Source: Candidatus Babelota bacterium (GTDB taxonomy: Bacteria > Babelota > Babeliae > Babelales > GCA-2401785). From it: a stretch of DNA of 38,807 nucleotides. The notes under the pieces are model-generated. The model was not told where the DNA came from. It did no database searches and saw only the letters and a list, made by a program, of their open reading frames with translations. The stretch's first letter is position 1. Each line of letters starts with the position of its first letter. A program made the position numbers and the translations under genes. The stretch covers positions 1-38,807 of the forward strand of contig JBHPCE010000002.1 of NCBI GenBank assembly GCA_042576345.1, written 5' to 3'. Positions 1 through 7,424 of the stretch are shown here, one piece after another.

Positions 1-74
1 TCCATGACTGTCAGAAAGTGCATGAATTTTTGTCGAAAAACCGCCCACACTGCGACCTAATTTTTGTTTTTTTT
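1..74 (-). CDS. IS5-family transposase OrfB (DDE part), 5' fragment only, reached by -1 frameshift
   Basis: The minus-strand -1 frame from the A8 run reads KKQKLGRSVGGFSTKIHALSDSHG up to base 1. GRSxGGxxTKIH is the conserved start of the catalytic part of IS5-family transposases. Confidence 0.7.
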
Positions 75-407
75 ACCACTTTTTCCACCAGCTGAGTGCT
101 GATGCGCTCGAATAATTGTTGAATCCATCATCAGCCATTCGGTATCAGGATCACTGGATAATAGCTCGAAAACCCTTTTCCAAACACCCTTTTTTGACCA
201 TCTTAAAAAGCGCTGTAAGACAGAATTCCATTTTCCATATTCAGATGGAAGTGACCTCCATGGTGCACCTGTACGCGCCATCCACACAATTGCATCTATA
301 AAAAGCCGATTGTCTCTTGCTGTTCTACCCCGGTCCCCCTTTTTTCCTGGCAAAATATTTTTTATTCTTTGCCATTGACTCTCTAAAATGTCGTAACAAC
401 GTTGCAT
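57..407 (-). CDS. IS5-family transposase OrfA (N-terminal DNA-binding part, DUF4096-like)
   Basis: 116 aa. LSESQWQRI-type start (ILESQWQRIKNILPGKKGDRGRTARDNRLFIDAIVWMARTGAPWRSLPSEYGKWNSV..RF.RW.K.GVW), typical of the IS5/IS427 group. Ends GKKNKN* on the slippery run. Confidence 0.9.
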   Translation of the reverse strand: MQRCYDILESQWQRIKNILPGKKGDRGRTARDNRLFIDAIVWMARTGAPWRSLPSEYGKWNSVLQRFLRWSKKGVWKRVFELLSSDPDTEWLMMDSTIIRAHQHSAGGKSGKKNKN

Positions 408-484
408 TATCCTCCTCCTATAGCGTTATAAGTTGCATTTATTATAATGGAAAATGATAGTAAATTTTATATGTCATCACAACC

Positions 485-519
485 TAATTTTCACCAAAAC
501 ACCTATTTTTTGCACCAAA
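485..519 (+). repeat. 35-bp direct repeat, copy 1 (TAATTTTCACCAAAACACCTATTTTTTGCACCAAA)
   Basis: 34/35 identical to 1499-1533, in the same orientation. Confidence 0.9.
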
Positions 520-536
520 GCGTATTCCATCATTCA

Positions 537-555
537 CCCCCCCCCCAAAAAAAAA
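537..555. repeat. Homopolymer tract C10 followed by A9
   Basis: C at 537-546 and A at 547-555, ending 1 nt before a TTGACA hexamer. Confidence 0.95.
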
Positions 556-556
556 C

Positions 557-584
557 TTGACATTAGAAAATTATATGCAATAAT
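557..584 (+). promoter_or_regulatory. Sigma70-like promoter for the 635-1501 gene
   Basis: TTGACA (557-562), 16-nt spacer, TGc extended motif (576-578) and AATAAT (579-584). Lies about 50 nt upstream of the ATG. Confidence 0.45.
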
Positions 585-634
585 TAAACTTGCTGCGATA
601 TTTATAATTTAAACTTATTTTACAAAGGGTCAAT

Positions 635-1501
635 ATGAGAAACAACAATAAACTAATAATTATGCTGATATCATCGGCCATCGGCACAATTCTCCTAAGT
701 TCAAGTAACGCAGAAAATTATGAGTATGTTTTTAGCATTATAGATGGACCGAAGCTAATACAACGAGAAAAAGTAAAATTAACCGATGGGTCTACATCGG
801 AAATACCAGAAGGTTTTGATGGAATAATATACTCAGAAAAAACAAAATGGTATGGTCGTAAAAAATATTATGCAATTATACAAATTGATGATAAGAATAC
901 AGTAGAATACGAAGTAGTAAAATACAAAGATTGTTATATCATCCTACCCAGTGAATGTCAAGATAAAGACAACTACAAAATAAAATTTGAAACGTTGTTA
1001 AGAAAAGCCAAAAGTGAGAAATCATTGAAAGATCTAGCAATTGAAAAATGTAAAGCCAACGAACAAGCCGAAAAAGAAAAAGAAAAAGAAAAAGAAGAAA
1101 AAAAAGAGCGCGAAGAACGAGAAAAAAAAGAGCGCGAAGAACGAGAAAAAAAAGGAGCTGCATCAAGCGCCATCATTTCAGCGGGAAACCACTTTTTGAC
1201 TCCATCAAACTTTTTGGGATATTCTGCGTTGGCACTGCTTCCATGGGCCGCACTGCGCGCGCACAGACAATTAGTAAAGCTAGGTATCTACCAGGGAAGA
1301 GCTAAATTAGGAGAAAAAAAATGGGCTTCCAGGTTCAACATCTTTCTAAAACGCATGAAAAAAGATCGCGTTATACAAACATACTTCGCACTGTCTGGAC
1401 TTTGGGCCACCGGAAAATTCTTGGCATTTCTTTCACCAAGAGCTCAATTCTTAAATAAACCGATGTTTGGGCTACATTCCTTTGGCAAAAAACAGTCTTA
1501 A
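635..1501 (+). CDS. Secreted/membrane protein of unknown function (signal peptide, Glu/Lys repeat linker, C-terminal TM hairpin)
   Basis: N-terminus MRNNNKLIIMLISSAIGTILLSSSNA is signal-like. EKEKEKEKEEKKEREEREKKEREEREKK is a low-complexity linker. Two hydrophobic stretches (FLGYSALALLPWAAL and TYFALSGLWATGKFLAFL) are separated by a basic loop. AAAGGG sits upstream of the ATG. Confidence 0.7.
   Translation: MRNNNKLIIMLISSAIGTILLSSSNAENYEYVFSIIDGPKLIQREKVKLTDGSTSEIPEGFDGIIYSEKTKWYGRKKYYAIIQIDDKNTVEYEVVKYKDCYIILPSECQDKDNYKIKFETLLRKAKSEKSLKDLAIEKCKANEQAEKEKEKEKEEKKEREEREKKEREEREKKGAASSAIISAGNHFLTPSNFLGYSALALLPWAALRAHRQLVKLGIYQGRAKLGEKKWASRFNIFLKRMKKDRVIQTYFALSGLWATGKFLAFLSPRAQFLNKPMFGLHSFGKKQS
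1070..1154 (+). repeat. Compound coding tandem repeat: (GAAAAA)4 followed by 2.4 copies of a 24-bp unit GAAAAAAAAGAGCGCGAAGAACGA
   Basis: The 24-bp units at 1097-1120 and 1121-1144 are identical. A partial third copy runs 1145-1154. The units encode EKKEREER. Confidence 0.9.
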
Positions 1502-1533
1502 TTTTCACCAAAACACCTATTTTTTGCGCCAAA
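1499..1533 (+). repeat. 35-bp direct repeat, copy 2 (TAATTTTCACCAAAACACCTATTTTTTGCGCCAAA)
   Basis: 34/35 identical to 485-519. Begins on the TAA stop codon of the 635-1501 gene. Confidence 0.9.
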
Positions 1534-1621
1534 ACAAACTCCCGTTTTCATTGTTTTTAAAAACCTGGCATAATGAAAACTCGTCGTAAAAACTGTGAAA
1601 AAACATAACGAGGATAAAATT

Positions 1622-2461
1622 ATGAAACTCAACTCAATGAAAAAAATTGCACTTTTACTCGCTCTTTCAGCGCCCATGGCCACTGTGTTTTCAGAAGAAA
1701 CAGACACTGCTCAGTCAACCGGCTCTGTGTGGAAAACGTGGGCCTTGAGGCTTGCGGCAAAAAGCGCTCTGGGAACAGCTTCGGGGCTTGTGGAAAATAA
1801 AAAAGAAAATTGGAACAAAATACTGAAAAAAGAAAAAAATAAACATTGGTTTAGCGGTTTTCGTTGCATAGACATGGCAACGGCCTGCGCACAATTTGGG
1901 CTTGATGAGTGGTTTGATCAACTAGAAACCCTTAACATTCTTCCAAAATCCGAAAAATCAGATGAAAAAACTGAGTTCTTTAAAGAATTGGCCGATTCAA
2001 TGTTGCCTGTAATCATCGCACACATGGTCGTCCATCGCGACAAGATAAATAATTTTGGAGCAGAAAAAGGAACATCTCTGCACTTAATTAAAAAGCTCGT
2101 CGTTGGAGTCTTTGCCGCCAAGCTTTTAACAAAAGCCAAAGAGGCATTCGCTAAAGATGGCAGCAAAATGAGGAAATTCTTGGACAAATTAACCATCATC
2201 AAGGCCTTGGAACGCATAGCTCCTGTAATCGATAAGACGCCAGGTAAAGCATTGAATTTCGGCGGATTCTTCGGCAAAGAAATGGGCAAAATGATTGCCG
2301 GAGGCACATTCACACTGGCTGGCGGAGAATCTAAGAACTGGTTCAGTGAAAAGAAACACCGAAAAGTCTTTGCCCAGAAAATGATCGGACTGACACTGTC
2401 TCCGTTCTGCAAGTCGCTTAACGATGGAGTCGAAAAACTTCTGACTGTTAAGAAAAACTAA
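1622..2461 (+). CDS. Secreted protein of unknown function
   Basis: The ORF opens at GTG 1595, but GAGGA lies 7 nt before ATG 1622. MKLNSMKKIALLLALSAPMATVFS is a signal peptide. The remainder is Lys-rich and looks helical, with no recognisable motif. Confidence 0.7.
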   Translation: MKLNSMKKIALLLALSAPMATVFSEETDTAQSTGSVWKTWALRLAAKSALGTASGLVENKKENWNKILKKEKNKHWFSGFRCIDMATACAQFGLDEWFDQLETLNILPKSEKSDEKTEFFKELADSMLPVIIAHMVVHRDKINNFGAEKGTSLHLIKKLVVGVFAAKLLTKAKEAFAKDGSKMRKFLDKLTIIKALERIAPVIDKTPGKALNFGGFFGKEMGKMIAGGTFTLAGGESKNWFSEKKHRKVFAQKMIGLTLSPFCKSLNDGVEKLLTVKKN

Positions 2462-2519
2462 AGAACGGTTTCTAACATATAGCTACCCAAATTTGGTTTT
2501 TCATAACTTTTTTCTCTAA

Positions 2520-2689
2520 TGTCATCCCAGACTCGATCTGGGATCTAAACCGCTAAATCCAAAATATTTTGTGATGCGAGGTACTTTAATAAGATGTTTT
2601 GAGCTCAAACTTAAATAATCAAATCCCATTAACCAAAGCATGTTTTGGTAGAAAAAAGGACTAGATCCCAGATCGAGTCTGGGATGACA
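2520..2689. repeat. 170-bp inverted-repeat (MITE-like) element with perfect 28-bp terminal inverted repeats
   Basis: TGTCATCCCAGACTCGATCTGGGATCTA at 2520-2547 is the exact reverse complement of 2662-2689. Each arm is itself a hairpin (ATCCCAGA/CTCGA/TCTGGGAT, 2524-2544 and 2665-2685). Confidence 0.85.
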
Positions 2690-2847
2690 GATTTGTTTTA
2701 AAAACAACGATAACAGGATATAACAAAAATTAGCCTTACATAAAAGCCACGAGGCGCGCCCTTTTCTTTAATCTCTTGACCAAAGCAGAAGTACAAGCCA
2801 CTCTCTAATCCATGCCATGATCTACAAAGAATCTCTAGGAGAAGGGA

Positions 2848-3732
2848 ATGTGGAGTTTAACTTTTGTAATCCCCCTAATCTTTTTTTCCGGTACATGTAT
2901 TTCATCAGACCGTGACACTCAACAGACGCCAACCGCACATGTCTACATCTCCCCACATTTTGAGTATTTCACCAAACCAGAAAAAATCACTGTTCCAGAT
3001 TTCAGAAGAAGTAACGAAATCATTTTGGAAGACAAACCCGGCCTTTATGATGGCGAAAAGACGGATGAATGGATACTTGTTACAGATCGATCATTCAAAA
3101 GATTTATTGTGAAAAATTCTGATGAAGGCGAGCTCGCAGTTGTCAAAGAGTACGGAAGACTCATGTTTTTGGGAGACCGAAAAAACCACGCAAAAGCGCT
3201 TTCTGGCCTTGATCCCAATGATGTTGTTAAACAAGTTAAAGAGGCATCGCCACCAACACCAAAACCAAAAATCCCCCCAAGACCACCACAAAAATTGATA
3301 GAAGAAACGATGTCCAAGTTGAAAACTGAACAAAAAAACAAAAAAAACGAAGAGGAATCAGAAACAAAAAATGACGAAGATTATAAAAGTAACGATGAGC
3401 CTTTGTCGGCCGATGAAGATATACATGAAGAGTCCAACTGCTGTAAAACAATGCCTTTATGGAAACACATCCTAAAAACCCCAGCCGGCTGGCTTATAAC
3501 GGGAGGGCTTTCCGTGGCAGTAATCTCTATAATCATTAACATCGTTAAGTCAAAAAAGAAGGTGTGTAGACGTGGGATGTCGCGAAAACAACGTCTTTTG
3601 AAATCTTCTCTTCGCAAAGCTAAGCCATACATTATTGCGGGGCTATCAATGGCCGGAATCGGCATTTCCGCTACCGCTTATTATTATCTTTCTTCCTCCA
3701 CAGAATGTCGGAAGATACCAGAAACTGCCTGA
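2848..3732 (+). CDS. Secreted/membrane protein of unknown function (signal peptide, Pro-rich and acidic linker, C-terminal TM hairpin)
   Basis: MWSLTFVIPLIFFSGTCISS signal. PPTPKPKIPPRPPQK Pro-rich segment. Acidic/Lys linker. Two TM segments (GWLITGGLSVAVISIIINIV and PYIIAGLSMAGIGISATAYYYL) separated by a basic loop. AGGAG precedes the ATG. Confidence 0.7.
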   Translation: MWSLTFVIPLIFFSGTCISSDRDTQQTPTAHVYISPHFEYFTKPEKITVPDFRRSNEIILEDKPGLYDGEKTDEWILVTDRSFKRFIVKNSDEGELAVVKEYGRLMFLGDRKNHAKALSGLDPNDVVKQVKEASPPTPKPKIPPRPPQKLIEETMSKLKTEQKNKKNEEESETKNDEDYKSNDEPLSADEDIHEESNCCKTMPLWKHILKTPAGWLITGGLSVAVISIIINIVKSKKKVCRRGMSRKQRLLKSSLRKAKPYIIAGLSMAGIGISATAYYYLSSSTECRKIPETA

Positions 3733-4816
3733 GTTTTTTAACGCCATCTTTACTTTTTGCGTGCGAGAAAATAGAGGGTGAATATTTATAGCAATAACCT
3801 TCCAGATCCGCCAATTCATCCTTTGAAAGTTTGTCTATTTTATTGAAAACGTGGACAATGGGTTTTTCTATGCCAAGCTCTTCAAGAGTATCTTGAACAA
3901 CCTCAATCTGGTCTTCCCACGCAGCATTGCTTATATCGACTACATGAAGCAAAATATGTGCGTATTTAAGCTCGTCCAACGTGGCTCTGAACGCCTCTAT
4001 CAGATGATGTGGGATCTGACTGATAAAGCCCACAGTGTCTGAGATTAAAACTTTTTTATCTTTGTTCAAAAAAAGCTCACGAGTTGTTGTGTCCAAAGTT
4101 GCAAAAAGCTTGTCCTCCACCAAAACCTCGCTTTTGGTGAGCAAATTCAAAAGACTCGATTTTCCAGCATTCGTGTATCCAACAAGACACACAAGCGGAA
4201 TTCCGCTTTCTAAACGGCGCTTGCGCTGCACATCTCTGGATTTTTTGAGATCTTTTAACCTTTTTTGCGCCTGTTCTACTAAGCGCTGAAAATATCTAAC
4301 GTCATACTCTTTCTTGCTCTCTCCAGGCCCCCTGGCACCAATCCTTCCCTCCTGCTGCGACAATTCTCGACCAATTCCAGCCATCCTGGTTTTGAGCGTT
4401 GCAATTTCGGCCATTTCAACCTGGATTTTGCCCTCTGCAGTAACGGCTGCTTTTCTGAAAATCTCCAAAATCAAGGCGCCTCGGTCCATCACCCTACAAC
4501 CAAGCACATCTTCTAAATTGCGCTGCTGCAGGGGTGTGATCATAACAGAGCACACAATTCTTTCAAAATTTTTATCCTGACAAAAATCCAAAAGTTCTTT
4601 CAGTTTGCCCTTGGTCAAAAAATGAGTTCGATCAACGTTGCGCAGTTTTATAAAGAAACTGTCCGAACCCCCCATTCCAGCAGTCCAAACAAGACTTTCG
4701 AACTCATCAAAATAATCATCTATGTGCCAAGAAGTTTTGTGAGGCAAAAAAATTCCCAAAACGAGCGTTTTCGGCTGCTCTTCGGCTGTAACAAACATTT
4801 TTTTATTATGTCCCAT
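3671..4816 (-). CDS. hflX: GTPase HflX
   Basis: G1 GYTNAGKSSLLN, G3 DTVGF, G4 NKID. HflX N-terminal domain (LILEIFRKAAVTAEGKIQVEMAEI). AAGGA lies 6 nt before the ATG. Confidence 0.95.
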   Translation of the reverse strand: MGHNKKMFVTAEEQPKTLVLGIFLPHKTSWHIDDYFDEFESLVWTAGMGGSDSFFIKLRNVDRTHFLTKGKLKELLDFCQDKNFERIVCSVMITPLQQRNLEDVLGCRVMDRGALILEIFRKAAVTAEGKIQVEMAEIATLKTRMAGIGRELSQQEGRIGARGPGESKKEYDVRYFQRLVEQAQKRLKDLKKSRDVQRKRRLESGIPLVCLVGYTNAGKSSLLNLLTKSEVLVEDKLFATLDTTTRELFLNKDKKVLISDTVGFISQIPHHLIEAFRATLDELKYAHILLHVVDISNAAWEDQIEVVQDTLEELGIEKPIVHVFNKIDKLSKDELADLEGYCYKYSPSIFSHAKSKDGVKKLRQFLVSSDILWRKKDNNKR

Positions 4817-5012
4817 TAATCATCCTTGAATTACTGCTCTAGAAAGTACCTGAGGTTAACATCTACAAGAGTATCAGAAGTATTTAAATAATGAACAAAA
4901 TCAAAAGCAATATGTGATCGTTTTACGCAATGTAGAGCAATAAAAACCATTTTATGTTATAAAATTTTCTAATCCTTTCATTATCACAACACGCAAAAGC
5001 GAAGGACAGAAC

Positions 5013-6038
5013 ATGAAGACAATGAGAGTAGCTCTGAACGGATTTGGAAGAATTGGACGCACTTTTCTGCGTACCCTGTTTCAAGACAAAGAAGCTTTAG
5101 AAAAAATCGAAGTTCCGGTAATCAATATGGGCCCAGCCCCAATTGAAGGTGCCTGGAGACTTTTTCAATATGATTCTGTCATGGGTAAATTCCCCGGAAA
5201 AGTTGAGCAAGACGGAAAAGCTTTGTACATCAACGACCGCATGATAATCCTCACGCAAAAAATGGATGCTGCCAACCTCCCCTGGTACAACTACGGAATC
5301 ACTTGGGTTGTGGATGCAACAGGAAAATACACAAAAAAGGCGGATGCAGAACAACATCTTGATGCTGGCGCACTGCGTGTTTTAATCACAGCACCCTCTG
5401 ACAACTGCGACATTACGATCATCCCCGGCGTTAACGGTGAAAAATATGACCGAGATAAACATTTCATAGTGTCCTTGGGAAGTTGCACCACAAACTGCTT
5501 TGCCCCGATCATGAAAATTGTTGCCGAAAACCTAGAATTTAAATACGGGCAGATGACAACTGTTCATGCATACACAAACGATCAGGCTCTTCTGGACGGC
5601 TCACACCACTCTGATCCGCGCCGTGGAAGAGCCGCTGCAGTCAATATAATTCCAACTTCGACAGGAACCGCAAAGGTAATTGGTCAAATATTTCCAGATT
5701 TAAAACTTAACATCTCATGTAGAGCCATACGCGTTCCAGTTCCAAAAGTTTCTTTGGTAGATTTTTCATTCGTCACAGAAAAAAAATATACGCCAATCGA
5801 CATAAATAATCTTTTCAAACGAGTGTCTCAAGGAAAATTTAGTGAAATCATTGGATATTCCGACATTCCGCTTGTATCTTCAGACTTTTCTATGAGGCCA
5901 GAGTCAACAATTGTCGATGGAACATTGACACAGACCGCCCAAAATATGGCTAAAATAATAGCCTGGTATGACAATGAATATGGTTATTGCATGAGATTGA
6001 AAGAATTCTTGCTTCACAGGGGGCTTCATATCAACTAG
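5013..6038 (+). CDS. gap: Glyceraldehyde-3-phosphate dehydrogenase (type I)
   Basis: NGFGRIGR dinucleotide fold, active-site SCTTNC, C-terminal WYDNEYGY. Confidence 0.95.
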   Translation: MKTMRVALNGFGRIGRTFLRTLFQDKEALEKIEVPVINMGPAPIEGAWRLFQYDSVMGKFPGKVEQDGKALYINDRMIILTQKMDAANLPWYNYGITWVVDATGKYTKKADAEQHLDAGALRVLITAPSDNCDITIIPGVNGEKYDRDKHFIVSLGSCTTNCFAPIMKIVAENLEFKYGQMTTVHAYTNDQALLDGSHHSDPRRGRAAAVNIIPTSTGTAKVIGQIFPDLKLNISCRAIRVPVPKVSLVDFSFVTEKKYTPIDINNLFKRVSQGKFSEIIGYSDIPLVSSDFSMRPESTIVDGTLTQTAQNMAKIIAWYDNEYGYCMRLKEFLLHRGLHIN

Positions 6039-6072
6039 ACTTACATAAGCGGATAAGAATAAGCATTATGGT

Positions 6073-6147
6073 GGGCCCATAGCTCAGCGGTAGAGCAGTC
6101 GGCTCATAACCGAGAGGTCCCAGGTTCGAATCCTGGTGGGCCCACCA
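6073..6147 (+). tRNA. tRNA with anticodon CAT (elongator tRNA-Met, or tRNA-Ile2 if lysidine-modified); CCA encoded
   Basis: Cloverleaf folded by hand: acceptor GGGCCCA/TGGGCCC, D arm GCTC-AGCGGTA-GAGC, anticodon loop CTCATAA, T arm CCAGG-TTCGAAT-CCTGG, discriminator A, then CCA. Confidence 0.9.
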
Positions 6148-6168
6148 AAAAATCAAAAGGGGCTCCGG

Positions 6169-6915
6169 ATGGCTACAAACGTTCTAGCAAAACAACTACG
6201 CGCCCTAGTGGAGATCGACAAAGAGAAGAGAGAGCAAGAATCGAAAATCGTCAAGATGAAGGTCCTGATCCAGGACAAAAAAAGCGAAATGACAGATGTC
6301 GCATCGAGAATTTCGGAGGCAAAAGAGCGGCAAATGGCCGCGAAAAAGGCTGTTGACAAGCTTGAGCTAGAAGCAAATGTTCTGAGAGAAGAAGCTAAAG
6401 ATAAAAGAGAAAAGCTCAGAACAGCTACCAAAGGCAGCATCTGCGACCACCTTCAGCATGAACTTCAAGAAATTGAGGCTAAAGAAACAGAGCTGGAAGG
6501 CAGCCTGGTGCGAGCGTGGAAAGAACTCGAAACGGCACAGCATGAGGCAAAAACCAGAAGGAAAGAAAGCGGAGACATTAAATCAACATACGAAACCGAA
6601 ATTTCTGAGCTGGAAAACAATTTAGCTGAACTCGAAGGTGAATTGGAAAAAATTATAGGAAAAAGAAACATAGCTACAGATAACTTGGACGAGGAATGGA
6701 AAAAGCGTTATGAAACAATGATAAGAACAGTTCCAGATCCCATTGTCCCAACTGTCAACGGACTTTGCGGATCATGTTTTTATCACATAATCCCCCGCGA
6801 TGCATCAAGGCTTCGCAAAGGCGAAATTTTGACATGCCGCAGCTGTTACAGACTTTTATATCAAGTAAAAGAAGAAAAACCAGAAGAGGCAAAACCAACG
6901 TCTGAGGCCGATTAA
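6169..6915 (+). CDS. Coiled-coil protein with C-terminal C4 zinc ribbon (COG1579 / DUF164-like)
   Basis: Long Glu/Lys coiled coil followed by CGSC...x19...CRSC. The ORF opens at 6136 inside the tRNA. ATG 6169 has AAGGGG 6 nt upstream. Confidence 0.8.
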   Translation: MATNVLAKQLRALVEIDKEKREQESKIVKMKVLIQDKKSEMTDVASRISEAKERQMAAKKAVDKLELEANVLREEAKDKREKLRTATKGSICDHLQHELQEIEAKETELEGSLVRAWKELETAQHEAKTRRKESGDIKSTYETEISELENNLAELEGELEKIIGKRNIATDNLDEEWKKRYETMIRTVPDPIVPTVNGLCGSCFYHIIPRDASRLRKGEILTCRSCYRLLYQVKEEKPEEAKPTSEAD

Positions 6916-6953
6916 AAATCGCCCGAAGAGGCAAAATAACAGGTAAGTTAATC

Positions 6954-7424
6954 ATGGCAAAATATATTCTTTTTGTTGATGGAGCCTCCAGAGGAAATCC
7001 TGGAAAGGCTGGGGTTGGAGTTCATCTGAAGATGAATAATACCACCGTCTTGAAAGAAGGATTTTCCTTGGGGAAAGCAACTAACAACACCGCAGAATAT
7101 GTAGCGCTTGCCCTGGGTCTTTTTTTGGCCGAAAATTATTCAAAATCTAGCGGCGAAGAGTTGGAAAGTATGCACGTATTTTCCGACTCTCAGCTTTTGG
7201 TACGCCAGATGCAAAGCCGATACGCTGTTAAAGCTCCACATATTAAAAAACTTAAAAATCTCTGTGAAGAACTTATCATGGATAGAAAATGCAGCTTTGA
7301 GCACATCAGGCGCGAAAAAAACACTATTGCTGACCAGCTCGCAAACATCGGGATCGACAAAAATTATCCGGTTCCAGAAGATTTTGCAAAATTAATGGTC
7401 AGAAACAATGTTCAAATGGACTAG
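6954..7424 (+). CDS. rnhA: Ribonuclease H (RNase HI-like, RVT_3 type)
   Basis: FVDGASRGNPG (Asp), NNTAEYVAL (Glu), FSDSQLLV (Asp), NTIADQLAN (Asp). Confidence 0.85.
   Translation: MAKYILFVDGASRGNPGKAGVGVHLKMNNTTVLKEGFSLGKATNNTAEYVALALGLFLAENYSKSSGEELESMHVFSDSQLLVRQMQSRYAVKAPHIKKLKNLCEELIMDRKCSFEHIRREKNTIADQLANIGIDKNYPVPEDFAKLMVRNNVQMD

Larger units (their letters stand above)
1..484 (-). mobile_element. IS5-family (IS427/IS1031-like) insertion sequence, partial; continues beyond the left window edge. The right boundary is approximate.
   Basis: Two-ORF transposase with an A8 slippery run between orfA and orfB. An AGGAGG-rich SD (411-419) precedes orfA. No inverted repeat can be verified because the other end is outside the window. 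The 484 boundary is a guess, placed at a CTAA/TAA site typical of this IS group. Confidence 0.75.

Noticed and set aside
485-1533. Possible CRISPR array, suggested by the identical 35-bp repeats.
   Set aside because: There are only two copies, about 1 kb apart, separated by a complete protein-coding gene. No cas genes are present.
2522-2707. A 61-aa minus-strand ORF (MFLKQICHPRLDLGSS...GLDPRSSLG).
   Set aside because: It is the translation of the MITE-like element. Its ends (CHPRLDLGSS / GLDPRSSLG) are the two inverted-repeat arms read through. This is a repeat artefact, not a gene.
6073-6147. tRNA-CAT as the initiator tRNA-fMet.
   Set aside because: Position 1:72 is a normal G-C pair. The anticodon stem lacks the three consecutive G-C (GGG/CCC) pairs typical of bacterial initiators. 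It is elongator Met or Ile2 type, and I cannot discriminate between those two by eye.
6136-6168. N-terminal extension (MGPPKNQKGLR) of the zinc-ribbon ORF.
   Set aside because: It would start inside the 3' end of the tRNA gene. ATG 6169 has a proper AAGGGG SD.
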